Shown here: piece after piece, positions 1 through 9,145 of the stretch
Layout of the letters: every line of letters starts with the position of its first letter
Position numbering within the stretch: the stretch's first letter is position 1
From: an uncultured Bifidobacteriaceae bacterium
Lineage (GTDB): Bacteria; Verrucomicrobiota; Verrucomicrobiia; Limisphaerales; JADLHS01
Direction: 5' to 3'
Assembly (NCBI GenBank): GCA_964458575.1
Contig: CAYWMD010000030.1
Location: forward strand, 6,973 to 70,972
DNA length: 64,000 nt
Translations under genes and position numbers: made by a program
The notes under the pieces: generated by a model
Databases searched by the model: none
Told to the model about the DNA's origin: nothing
Seen by the model: the letters and a program-made list of their open reading frames with translations, nothing else

Positions 1-783
1 GCACACGATCAACCGACCGCCCCTGGCCACGAACTGTTGCAGACGAGTCACGCGCGCCGCATCGAGGCGCACCAGGGTGGTGCCGCCGACCAGAATCGCG
101 TTCCACCCATCGAGCGATTTCGGCAGGTCATGGAGGAAGTCGAGTCGAACACCCTGTTCCGCGAGCCGGGTGTTGATCCCGGCAAGCGGTTCGAAGATAC
201 GACCGTCGCCGGTGGCATAACGCTCGAACGGAGTGTCGGTCAGCAACACGTGCCAACGCGACGGCTTGGCCAGCACATTCACCCGGACCGGAATGGTCAT
301 TGTGGTTGTCACGTAGCCACGGCGAGCCAGGCGGACGGTCACTTTGCCATCATGGTTGCCGGGCTGATCACTGGGCAAGTTAAGATTGACGGTCGGAAAC
401 GCACCGTGCACCTGATGGTACTCCACCCACGCCCTGTCCACCTGCAGGTAATCCGGCGCCTCCACCTCGATCCGCCAGGCGTGTTTGGTCTGCATGGCGC
501 GAAGGTGACGGATCCCAGTGACGCTCCATTGTCTGAGCCATTGAGGGAGTTGAGCGACCCACGAAGGCGGTCCGGCCGGCTTGATGTCGCTGATGAAGCC
601 CACGCTCATCTCCACGCGACTGCCTTGTAGCACCGTGCCCAAGGGAATCAAATCCGGCTGGGCCCGCCAATTGACCGGCCGCAACGCCGTGGTCCTGGCT
701 TCAGGCCAGAAAAGGAAAACGAGACCGGCCAACACCAGCAGCGCAGCCACCACCAGTCCGAGTCGTCGTTGGCCGCCAGTCAT
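1..783 (-). CDS. hypothetical membrane-anchored protein, N-terminal 261 codons only (gene runs off the left edge)
   Basis: Not in the ORF track because no stop lies in the window. The reverse strand starts with ATG at 783 (cat at 781-783) and reads MTGGQRRLGLVVAALLVLAGLVFLFWPE..., open in frame to base 1. It has one N-terminal TM helix. It begins 16 nt after the stop of the GH172-like gene on the same strand. Plus-strand ORF 37..630 is its antisense shadow. Confidence 0.5.
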   Translation of the reverse strand, partial: MTGGQRRLGLVVAALLVLAGLVFLFWPEARTTALRPVNWRAQPDLIPLGTVLQGSRVEMSVGFISDIKPAGPPSWVAQLPQWLRQWSVTGIRHLRAMQTKHAWRIEVEAPDYLQVDRAWVEYHQVHGAFPTVNLNLPSDQPGNHDGKVTVRLARRGYVTTTMTIPVRVNVLAKPSRWHVLLTDTPFERYATGDGRIFEPLAGINTRLAEQGVRLDFLHDLPKSLDGWNAILVGGTTLVRLDAARVTRLQQFVARGGRLIVC

Positions 784-799
784 GAAATTTTATCCTGCC

Positions 800-1978
800 C
801 TACTGCAAGCTCGACTTCCCGAAACTCAATTGCTCGCGGTTCGGCAACGCCGGGAATTTCGCGTGCGGTTCCAACTGATACCAGTACGCCACCGACGCAA
901 TGTCATCCTCCAGTTGGAGGTAACGGGAACCTTCGGGCGTCTTGTGCCAGCCCAGCGCCTGAATCGTCACTTTCAAATCCTTCTCGAACCGGACCGGATC
1001 AACCAGGTGCCAGCGGTACAACCCGAAACGCTGGCCCGGTTCATAGACCTTGTCTTCCGGAATCACCTGCACCAGGCCCGCGTACGGCGTCGAAAAAACT
1101 GTGTAACGATTCTTCCCGTCCGGGCCTTTGGTATCGAAATTATACGAGCCGCAGAAATAATCTTCCGTTCCCGTGCCGCAGATCGTCGGGAATTCCTGGT
1201 CGCCGTCCATAAAGAATTTGATTTCGCCTTCACCCCACCAGCCGGGACTGTGAACTTCCCACGCAAGGTAAGTACCCACGTACTGGCCGTGCCCTTTCAC
1301 GCCATCGAGGATGGTGTAAATGCCCTTGGATTTGAGCGGCGATTCGCGGCGGAATTGCGCGTGGAAATAACCGGCATCCTTCGGAACATCGGTGAGCGTG
1401 TAATTGATCTGGTAGTAGAGCCGCATGTCCTTGTTGTCGAGGTTCTCCATCGTCACGCGCGCCTTTTTGCGGAATGGCATCGGCCAGTAGCAGTTGAACG
1501 CGCTGCCCGGGTTCACGTTCACCGCGAGCGAATTGTTCTGGCAATACTTGCCCCAGCCGCACGCGAAGAAATCGCCCACGGGAACTTCAACCGAGGGTTC
1601 GGTTTCGTCGTCCCAATAGAACCGGATGATCGAACGCCGCCAGTTGCCGGTCGGCGTCATCCAGATTTGCTGGATGCAACCCGGCCCCTTGATTTCGCCC
1701 AGCGTGAAAATTGTTCCCGCCTTGATCACGACGGAGGGCGAAACTTTCCAACCCTGGCCAAGACCCGTGGCGGCGTCCTGGCCCGTGCCCTCGGTGGCCA
1801 TGCCCGCCCTGCCCTTTTCGCCCGTGAAGTTCTCCGGACTGATGGAGCGCGATTTGGCCTTGGAAACGCGGTAAAGATTTCCCAGCCCCAGATCCAGGCC
1901 GTCGGCGGCCGGTGCGGTTGAAGTCGAGCCGACCGCGAGGGTGGCGAGCAGGAGTGAAGTAAGGAAGGTATGTTTCAT
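800..1978 (-). CDS. secreted DUF2961 / GH172-family glycoside-hydrolase-like protein
   Basis: ORF 800..2023. The ATG at 1978 gives the signal peptide MKHTFLTSLLLATLAVG. Motifs ENFTGEKG, GPGCIQQIWMT, WWGEGEIKFFMDGD and PTICGTGTEDYF match my memory of the DUF2961 family. Confidence 0.7.
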   Translation of the reverse strand: MKHTFLTSLLLATLAVGSTSTAPAADGLDLGLGNLYRVSKAKSRSISPENFTGEKGRAGMATEGTGQDAATGLGQGWKVSPSVVIKAGTIFTLGEIKGPGCIQQIWMTPTGNWRRSIIRFYWDDETEPSVEVPVGDFFACGWGKYCQNNSLAVNVNPGSAFNCYWPMPFRKKARVTMENLDNKDMRLYYQINYTLTDVPKDAGYFHAQFRRESPLKSKGIYTILDGVKGHGQYVGTYLAWEVHSPGWWGEGEIKFFMDGDQEFPTICGTGTEDYFCGSYNFDTKGPDGKNRYTVFSTPYAGLVQVIPEDKVYEPGQRFGLYRWHLVDPVRFEKDLKVTIQALGWHKTPEGSRYLQLEDDIASVAYWYQLEPHAKFPALPNREQLSFGKSSLQ

Positions 1979-2267
1979 GATCGGTAATCCCGTTTGAATT
2001 TTAGTCAGGTCTCCGAGCCGCACGGCGCAACGCCGTCCCTACGACGCGGTTCACGAGCAATTCGTAGCGGGCTCCGGCACGTTTGGCAAAGGAATTGTTC
2101 GTTCCAGGTTTGACCAAAGGCGCGGTCAGCGGCGTTAGCCGCGGTTATCCCGGCGGCCGCACTCCACGACGCAAGCGCATCAACGCACGACCTGCCCAGC
2201 CCGCCAAAGCACCTGTTACAATCCCAGTTGACGCCATCGCGGAAATGACGGACAAACTAGGCAGACC

Positions 2268-3155
2268 GTGAAAGCCAACACGACCAACCGTTCGCTGACG
2301 GAAAAATCCGCCCGGGCGGCTTTCACATTGATCGAACTGCTGGTCGTCATCGCCATCATCGGCATTCTGGCCGCGCTGTTGTTACCGGTTCTGGCCAAGG
2401 CCAAACAGCGGGCGCACAGCATCGCCTGCATGAGCAACCATCACCAGTTGACGCTGGCATGGAGGCTCTACAGCGATGACAACAATGAACGGTTGCTTTA
2501 CGCCAGCCGGCATCCGCTTTACCCGCAGATGAACCCTTATTCCTGGATACTCGGCGACCTGGATTTCAATCCCGCGAACCGGTCGAACTGGGATCCCGAT
2601 GTGGACATCAAGAAAAGTCCGATCTGGAATTATTGTGGGAACTCGTTGGGGATCTGGAAATGTCCGGCGGATCGCTCCGCGTTGATCGTGGATGGCGAAA
2701 GCCGGCCGCGCGTCCGCAGCATGTCCATGAATTTGTGGGTGGGCGGTTTTGCCGGTTACGATGGCGGACTTTCCGGCGGCGACTACTGGACCTATGGCGG
2801 CAATCTCTGGCGCGTGTATTTGAAGATGTCCGAATTCATGAATCCCGGCCCTTCCGGCGTCTGGCTCCTGATGGACATGCGGGAGGACAGCATTGATTGG
2901 GGAAACTTCGCCGTGAACATGCGCGGCTGGCCCGATGCTCCCGAGCAGGCAGGTTTCTACGATTTGCCCGCCAGCTATCACCATCGCGCCGGCGGGCTAT
3001 CGTTCGTGGACGGGCACGCCGAAATCAAACGCTGGCGGGACGACCGGACCATGCCACCGCTCGTCCCCAACGGGTTGATCCCGGACCAGTATTCCTCGCC
3101 CAACAACCCGGACATTCTCTGGCTGCAACAACGGACCACCAACCGAAAACAATAG
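2268..3155 (+). CDS. prepilin-type N-terminal cleavage/methylation domain protein (DUF1559-like pseudopilin)
   Basis: GTG start. The N-terminus [24 protein letters not shown] is the class III signal/methylation motif. The C-terminal SFVDGHAEIKRW resembles the H-X9-DG tail of DUF1559 proteins. Confidence 0.85.
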   Translation: MKANTTNRSLTEKSARAAFTLIELLVVIAIIGILAALLLPVLAKAKQRAHSIACMSNHHQLTLAWRLYSDDNNERLLYASRHPLYPQMNPYSWILGDLDFNPANRSNWDPDVDIKKSPIWNYCGNSLGIWKCPADRSALIVDGESRPRVRSMSMNLWVGGFAGYDGGLSGGDYWTYGGNLWRVYLKMSEFMNPGPSGVWLLMDMREDSIDWGNFAVNMRGWPDAPEQAGFYDLPASYHHRAGGLSFVDGHAEIKRWRDDRTMPPLVPNGLIPDQYSSPNNPDILWLQQRTTNRKQ

Positions 3156-3222
3156 CCATTCCGGTTCGAATTGCGTTCTTGCGCTTCGGCCCGCCATTCG
3201 TAATCTCACCGCGAATTTGAGC

Positions 3223-4398
3223 ATGAACTATCACATTTCACAACGCGCCGCTTCGCTCTCCCCTTCGCTCACCCTGGCCATTGACTCGAAGGCCAAACAA
3301 CTGAAGGCCGAAGGCCAGGACGTCGTCGGTTTCGGCGCCGGCGAACCGGATTTCGACACGCCCCAACACATCAAGGACGCCTGCGCCCAGGCGCTCGCCG
3401 CCGGGTTCACCAAATACACGCCCGCCGCCGGCATCCCGGAATTGCGCCAGGCCATCGCCGACAAATTCAAACGCGAGAATGGTCTGACCTACAAACCCTC
3501 ACAGGTCATCGTCTCCTGCGGCGGCAAACATTCCTGCTACAATGTCATCCTGGCCACCTGCCAGGAAGGCGACGAGGTCATCATTCCGGCGCCGTATTGG
3601 TTAAGCTACCCGGAGATGGTCAAGCTCGCGGGCGCAAAACCCGTCATCATCGAAACGACGGACAAAACGGAATTCAAGGTCACGCCCGCCCAACTGCGCG
3701 CCGCCATCACGCCGCGCACGCGATTGCTCGTGCTCAACTCGCCGAGCAATCCCACCGGCTCGGTTTACACACCCGCCGAAATCAAAGCCATCGGCGACAT
3801 CTGCGTCGAGAAGGGCGTGCTCATCATGAGCGACGAGATTTACGAGCATCTGCTTTACGATGGCGCGGTCCACAAGAGCGTCGCGAGTTTTTCACCGGCG
3901 CACTTCGAACACACCATCATCGTGCACGGCTTCGCCAAGGCGTGGAGCATGACGGGCTGGCGGTTGGGATTTCTCGCCGCGCCCGAACCGATTGCCAAGG
4001 CGATTGACGCCGTGCAAAGCCACAGCACGAGCAACCCGACCAGCTTCGCGCAAAAAGGCGCCGTGGCTGCGTTGACCGGCCCGCAGGACCACCTACCCAA
4101 GTGGCTGGCGGAATTCGCCAAGCGCCGCATGTTCGCGTGGCAGAAGTTGAACAGCATCCCCGGCGTCTCGTGCGTGAACGCCAAGGGTGCGTTTTATCTT
4201 TTCCCGAACATTGCCAAGACCGGCCTCAAGTCCACGGAGTTCTGCGCGAAGCTGCTCGAACAGGAAAAAGTCGCCGCCGTGCCCGGCATCGCCTTCGGCG
4301 CGGACGACTACATCCGCCTCAGTTACGCCACCAGCATGGCGAACATCGAGAAGGGCCTCGCCCGGATAGAGAAGTTTTGCCGAAGTTTGGTGAAGTAA
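3223..4398 (+). CDS. aspC: class I PLP-dependent aspartate aminotransferase
   Basis: The track ORF starts at TTG 3217; an in-frame ATG lies at 3223. Motifs GAGEPDFDTP, NSPSNPTG and the PLP-lysine region HGFAKAWSMTGWRLGF are present. Confidence 0.85.
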   Translation: MNYHISQRAASLSPSLTLAIDSKAKQLKAEGQDVVGFGAGEPDFDTPQHIKDACAQALAAGFTKYTPAAGIPELRQAIADKFKRENGLTYKPSQVIVSCGGKHSCYNVILATCQEGDEVIIPAPYWLSYPEMVKLAGAKPVIIETTDKTEFKVTPAQLRAAITPRTRLLVLNSPSNPTGSVYTPAEIKAIGDICVEKGVLIMSDEIYEHLLYDGAVHKSVASFSPAHFEHTIIVHGFAKAWSMTGWRLGFLAAPEPIAKAIDAVQSHSTSNPTSFAQKGAVAALTGPQDHLPKWLAEFAKRRMFAWQKLNSIPGVSCVNAKGAFYLFPNIAKTGLKSTEFCAKLLEQEKVAAVPGIAFGADDYIRLSYATSMANIEKGLARIEKFCRSLVK

Positions 4399-4435
4399 TC
4401 GCGCCCGCCGCGTGTGGCCATTCAGCGCGACCGGT

Positions 4436-5029
4436 TCAAGGCTTGAATCTTAGTCCGGGGCAATAATTCGTGAGTTGTTCGGGCGGTAGAACGTATTCTG
4501 GCGGCAGCACGTACTCGGGGGGAAGGAAGTACTGCATCCCCACTTCTTGCGTCTCCAGCAAGGATGGTTGGGCGCCAATCTGTGGTGATGATCGCCGTTG
4601 CAGAAACTCGTATGTCGGCTGCCAGCGATGCTCGATAAATGCAACACACCGATCCAGCCATTCATTTTCCCGAACGAGATCGCCTTCAGCAACGCTCGAG
4701 CGGCCAAAATCAGCAGAGCGTGCGCGCAGCAGGGTGTGATCCTTTCCCCGAGCTTCAATTTTTATGATTGTGGTGTGTGCCGAAGGCCCGATGGAACTGA
4801 TCCCCTCAAAGATGACCAATTCGGTGCGGTCACCGAGTGACGCAAGTGGTGAGTCGATCCTCGCGGCTATGTAATTATCCCACTGAAATCGCGGCGAATC
4901 ATTGGTCAGGCATGCCGCCAATTCCCTCAACCGTTGCACGACTTGGGCTGAAGACTGCGGGACCACTCTTCCGACGCGTGGCTTGGAAACACAGCCATGG
5001 AAGCAAAATCCCGCCAGCAAAACCGCCAT
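4436..5029 (-). CDS. hypothetical exported protein (possible lipoprotein) with a C-terminal LPPEYV tandem repeat
   Basis: ORF 4436..5194. The ATG at 5029 gives MAVLLAGFCFHGCVSKP, a signal-like sequence with a Cys. The upstream part of the ORF is Arg/Cys-rich and approaches the tsaD stop. I did not recognise a family. Confidence 0.45.
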   Translation of the reverse strand: MAVLLAGFCFHGCVSKPRVGRVVPQSSAQVVQRLRELAACLTNDSPRFQWDNYIAARIDSPLASLGDRTELVIFEGISSIGPSAHTTIIKIEARGKDHTLLRARSADFGRSSVAEGDLVRENEWLDRCVAFIEHRWQPTYEFLQRRSSPQIGAQPSLLETQEVGMQYFLPPEYVLPPEYVLPPEQLTNYCPGLRFKP

Positions 5030-5105
5030 TCTCCATGTCCCGGCCCGTAAATATCTTCTGATCGTCTTCACGGTTCGCGTTTTGCGACATCCATATGCGT
5101 CGAGC

Positions 5106-6194
5106 CTACGCAAGCTGCAACCCCGGCGCAATCTCAGCGTCGTACTCAACAGCCCTCGTCTCCAACACGAGCTTTCGCTCCGCCAGAACGCCAATCATCG
5201 CCGCGTTGTCGGTGCAAAGAGACTTTTCTGCCAGCCGCAATGTGAAACCTTCGCGCTCACATGCCGATGCCAACGAACTGCGCAACGCGCGGTTGCACGT
5301 CACGCCGCCGGAAGCCGTCACGCAGCGCACGCCCAACCGCCGCGCGGCACGGATGGTCTTGGTCACGAGCACTTCCACGATCGCCGCCTGCACGCTGGCG
5401 CAGAGGTCGCGGACTCTTTGCGTGTCCTTCAGGAGTTGCGGATTGTCGCGCAAAAAATAGCGCACGGAAGTCTTCAAACCGCTGAAGCTGAAATCGTCGT
5501 TGGCGTCGTTCAGCATCGGGCGCGGGAAGTCGAACGCCTGGGGATTCCCCTGCTCGGCCAGCCGGTCAATTTCCGCCCCGGCGGGATACGCCAGGCCCAT
5601 CAGCTTGCCCACCTTGTCGAAACATTCGCCCGCCGCGTCGTCCACCGTCGAACCGAGCACGCGGTGCTTCAACTCGCCTGCGACATGCACCAGCATGGTG
5701 TGACCGCCGCTGACAATGAGCGAAACGTTCGGTTGCAACGCGCCCAAGTCGGCAAAGAACCCGGAGCGTCGAGCGCCGTCTCGGCCAGTACCGGATATCT
5801 GATCCGTCGAGCCGGGGCGGCGCTCGGCGCTCCGAATCCACGGCGAGTAAAGGTGCGCTTCATGATGATGAATCCCCACAAATGGCTTGCTCAGCGCGAA
5901 CGCCAGCGCCTGCGCGGCCTTGCATCCCACCATCAAAGCGCTCGGCAGCCCCGGCCCTTGCGTGGCGGCCACCGCGTCGAGTTGCTCAACTGCCACCGCC
6001 GCTTCGCGCAAGGCCGCCTGCGCCACGGGAATCAAATTCCGCAAATGCTCGCGCGCGGCCAGTTCCGGCACGACACCGCCGTATTCGGCATGAATCCCGA
6101 CTTGTGAGGAAACGACGTTGGACAGGACCTCGCCTCCGCGCACCACCGCGGCGCTCGTTTCATCGCAGGAAGTTTCAAAGGCGAGCAAGGTCAT
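5106..6194 (-). CDS. tsaD: tRNA N6-adenosine threonylcarbamoyltransferase TsaD
   Basis: The track start 6209 is TTG; the ATG at 6194 gives MTLLAFETSCDETS. Motifs YGGVVPELAAREH, SGGHT, GLAYPAG and ASGGVTCN are present. Confidence 0.9.
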   Translation of the reverse strand: MTLLAFETSCDETSAAVVRGGEVLSNVVSSQVGIHAEYGGVVPELAAREHLRNLIPVAQAALREAAVAVEQLDAVAATQGPGLPSALMVGCKAAQALAFALSKPFVGIHHHEAHLYSPWIRSAERRPGSTDQISGTGRDGARRSGFFADLGALQPNVSLIVSGGHTMLVHVAGELKHRVLGSTVDDAAGECFDKVGKLMGLAYPAGAEIDRLAEQGNPQAFDFPRPMLNDANDDFSFSGLKTSVRYFLRDNPQLLKDTQRVRDLCASVQAAIVEVLVTKTIRAARRLGVRCVTASGGVTCNRALRSSLASACEREGFTLRLAEKSLCTDNAAMIGVLAERKLVLETRAVEYDAEIAPGLQLA

Positions 6195-6275
6195 GCCGTT
6201 GGAGTTCAAGCTTCAGCTTTTCGGTCGCTGTACCCGGTCACGGAGGAGCAAGCTGAAGCTTGAACTCCAACCGAC

Positions 6276-7613
6276 TCACTTCGCCGCCATTCGTTCGGCC
6301 CCGCGTTTCGGCGGGTCCGCCTCCGGCGCGCGGTGGGTGAAAAGGTTGATGCCCTTGAGCAGATCCATGGCGCGATCCAGTTGCGGATCGCGCAGTTTTT
6401 CAACCGCTTCCCGGTCCTTTTCGTCGAGCGACTCCAGGCCGCCGGGGGCGCGCCGGAGTGCCACCGCGCGCTCCTCGTCATCCGTCATGGTGACCTCGAT
6501 GTTCGGCGTGATGCCGTGCTCGTGAATGACCTTGTGGCTGGGCGTGTAATACTTGGCGGTGGTCAGGCGCAACGCCGCCACCCCGTCCGTCGTGCGCGGC
6601 AGCGGAATGATGCTTTGCACCGAGCCCTTGCCAAAGGTCTTCTCGCCCAGCAACACGGCGCGTTTGGTGTCCTGCAAACAGCCCGCCACAATTTCCGCCG
6701 CGCTGGCGCTGCCGACGTTCACCAAAACCACGATGGGCATGCCCTTCAATTCGTCGCCCCGGCCCCGCGCCGGATATTTCTGGACCGAACTCCGGCCCTC
6801 GGTCGAGACCACCAACTGTCCGCGCGGGAGGAATTTCTCGCACACCTCGACCGCCTGATCCAGCAGGCCGCCGGGATTCCAGCGCAAGTCCAGGATCAGC
6901 GCCTGCATGCCCTGCGCCTTGAGCTTCTTCAACGACGCCTCGAGTTCGTCGCCGGTCTTCTCCCCGAACTGGGTGAGGCGCAGGTAGCCGATTTTGTTGT
7001 CGCTCAGGGGAAACTCTTTCTTGCCGTTGATGTCCTTGACCATGTCCACGTTAATCACGGCGCGGGTCAGCTTAATATCTTTCATCAGGCCCGAGGAAGG
7101 CCGGTTGATGGAGATGGTCACGTCCGTGCCCGGTTCGCCCCGCAGGAGTTTCACGGCTTCGGGGAGATTCATGCGTTCGGTGCTCCGCCCGCCGATTTTG
7201 ACGATGCGATCGCCGGCCATGACCCCGGCCCGGCTGGCAGGCGAATCCTCCATGGGAGACACCACCGTCACGTAGTTGTCCTTGACGGCGATGACAATTC
7301 CCAATCCGCCAAATTGCCCCTGCGTGTCGCTCTGCAATTCCTTGTATTGCTCCGGATCGAGGAATTCGCTGTGCGGGTCCAGCTTGTCAATCATCCCCCG
7401 CAACGCGTCATAAACCAGGTCCTGATACGTCAGATTCTTGCCGTCCACATAATCCTTGCGGACCTTTTCCATGACCAGGGAGAACAACTCCAGGTTTGGG
7501 TAGGGCGAATCCTTCTCGGCCGCCTGGGCGGAACTCAGATACAGCCGCGCGCCCACGGCGAGGTTCACCACCAGCACCACAATCACCAGTCCATAAATCA
7601 AGCGTCGTTTCAT
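6276..7613 (-). CDS. ctpA: S41 carboxyl-terminal processing peptidase with PDZ domain
   Basis: ATG verified at 7613. N-terminal TM anchor, PDZ segment (SPASRAGVMAGDRIVKIGG), catalytic region GSASAAEIVAG and FGKGSVQ. Confidence 0.9.
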   Translation of the reverse strand: MKRRLIYGLVIVVLVVNLAVGARLYLSSAQAAEKDSPYPNLELFSLVMEKVRKDYVDGKNLTYQDLVYDALRGMIDKLDPHSEFLDPEQYKELQSDTQGQFGGLGIVIAVKDNYVTVVSPMEDSPASRAGVMAGDRIVKIGGRSTERMNLPEAVKLLRGEPGTDVTISINRPSSGLMKDIKLTRAVINVDMVKDINGKKEFPLSDNKIGYLRLTQFGEKTGDELEASLKKLKAQGMQALILDLRWNPGGLLDQAVEVCEKFLPRGQLVVSTEGRSSVQKYPARGRGDELKGMPIVVLVNVGSASAAEIVAGCLQDTKRAVLLGEKTFGKGSVQSIIPLPRTTDGVAALRLTTAKYYTPSHKVIHEHGITPNIEVTMTDDEERAVALRRAPGGLESLDEKDREAVEKLRDPQLDRAMDLLKGINLFTHRAPEADPPKRGAERMAAK

Positions 7614-7769
7614 AACTGTCTGTCTGTTCTGCGGGCTACCATACGGGCGATTTTACGTGAAGGCAAGATGCGCTCCCATTTTGGCCTCATAATGTTGCTC
7701 TTTTTCTTAATCTTAATCGCTTTGGCTCGCGCTTGGGCCAGCAGCTCAAAAGCAAGATTGCGATTCAGA

Positions 7770-8459
7770 TCAACCAGCAGCCGGATGGCGCAGCAGTACC
7801 TCAATCAAAGGCAAATCACCCGGCACCGTCACCTTCGGATTAAAACTGCCACCCGGCACGAGCCTCACCGCTTGCCCGATCAATTCACAAGCCGCCGTGT
7901 CGTCGGTGACCAGCAGCTTTTGCCGGCGCACTTCCGCCAGTGCGCGGCGAATGACGTCCACGCGAAAAGTTTGCGGCGTCTGCACCGACCACAAACGCGA
8001 TCGGTCCACGGTACGGGCGATGATTTTGCCATCGGCCGATTCCTTGATGGTGTCCGTGACCCGCTGCGCCGCCACGGCCGCGCCGGTTTCCCGGGCCGCC
8101 GAAATGGTGGCCGCGATCAAGGCTTCACTCGTGCACGGCCGGGCCGCGTCTTGAATCGCCACGATCTCACTCTGCGCCGATAGCGCCGCCAGGCCGTTCC
8201 AAACCGAATCCTGCCGTTCCGCCCCGCCCGTTACAATACGATGCGGCTTGCGCAGTCCGTATTGGGCCGCAAGTTCGGCAAACGCCGATGGCATTCCCTC
8301 GCGGACAACCACAATGATCTCATCAACACACCCGGCATCGTTGAAACGCTGCCACGTGTGCGCGATCACCGGCTTGCCCGCGACTTCGAGGAAAAGCTTG
8401 TCCACACCCGGCCCCATGCGGGTGCCACTGCCGGCGGCGACGAGGATGGCGCTGTTCAT
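7770..8459 (-). CDS. ispD: 2-C-methyl-D-erythritol 4-phosphate cytidylyltransferase
   Basis: The track start 8501 is TTG; the ATG at 8459 gives MNSAILVAAGSGTRMG. DKLFLEVAGKPVIAHT is typical of IspD. Confidence 0.9.
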   Translation of the reverse strand: MNSAILVAAGSGTRMGPGVDKLFLEVAGKPVIAHTWQRFNDAGCVDEIIVVVREGMPSAFAELAAQYGLRKPHRIVTGGAERQDSVWNGLAALSAQSEIVAIQDAARPCTSEALIAATISAARETGAAVAAQRVTDTIKESADGKIIARTVDRSRLWSVQTPQTFRVDVIRRALAEVRRQKLLVTDDTAACELIGQAVRLVPGGSFNPKVTVPGDLPLIEVLLRHPAAG

Positions 8460-8553
8460 TTCGGTAAAGTCTAAAGTCTGGGGTTCAAAGTCTAGAGTCA
8501 AAAACCCGCGGCAGGGGGTGCCATTTTGAGCCGTGAGTGAAACGCCCAGGATG

Positions 8554-9132
8554 CTACTGGCCGGCTGCCCAGGCGTTCAACTCATCCTGCAACCGTTCCA
8601 CCGGCAACCCGACCACATTGCCGTATGAACCCGAAATTTCCTCCACGATCAATTCGCCGTGCTCTTGAATGGCATAAGCACCCGCCTTGTCGAGCGGATT
8701 GACCTTCGTCAGGTAACTCTGGATTTGCTCCGGCGCAAGCGCCCGAAAGCGGACGTCGGTACTGACGGCAAACACCCGCTCCCGGTGCGCGCGCAGATGA
8801 ATCAAGACCACACCCGTGACGACCTGATGGACGCGGCCCTGAAGGCGGCCCAACATGCGTTGCGCGTCGCCGAGGTCCGCCGGCTTGCCCAGGATTTCGT
8901 CGTGGAGGAAGACCAGCGTGTCTGCGGCCAGCACGAGGGCGTCAGGACATTTCTTGGCCACGGCGCGCGCCTTCCGATGAGCGTTGAGCTGGCAGAGTTC
9001 CAGCGGCGAAAGATGTTCGTGGGCAAATTCCCCGGCCTCGCTCGGCACGACCTGAAAATGCAGGCCCAGTTGTCGCAGTAATTCCGCCCGGCGCGGGGAG
9101 GCGGACGCAAGGATAAGCGGGGGCAGATTCAT
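8554..9132 (-). CDS. maf: Maf-like nucleoside triphosphate pyrophosphatase
   Basis: ORF 8554..9282. The ATG verified at 9132 gives MNLPPLILASASPRRAELLRQLGL. The C-terminal GAYAIQ and SYGNVVGLP are also Maf-like. Confidence 0.85.
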   Translation of the reverse strand: MNLPPLILASASPRRAELLRQLGLHFQVVPSEAGEFAHEHLSPLELCQLNAHRKARAVAKKCPDALVLAADTLVFLHDEILGKPADLGDAQRMLGRLQGRVHQVVTGVVLIHLRAHRERVFAVSTDVRFRALAPEQIQSYLTKVNPLDKAGAYAIQEHGELIVEEISGSYGNVVGLPVERLQDELNAWAAGQ

Positions 9133-9145
9133 GTTGGAAGCTGTT

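Noticed and set aside
4482-4489. GGCGGTAG, the core of the RfaH ops element.
   Set aside because: It lies inside a coding region on the opposite strand from that gene. It lacks the downstream TG of the ops consensus and is not in the leader of any polysaccharide operon.
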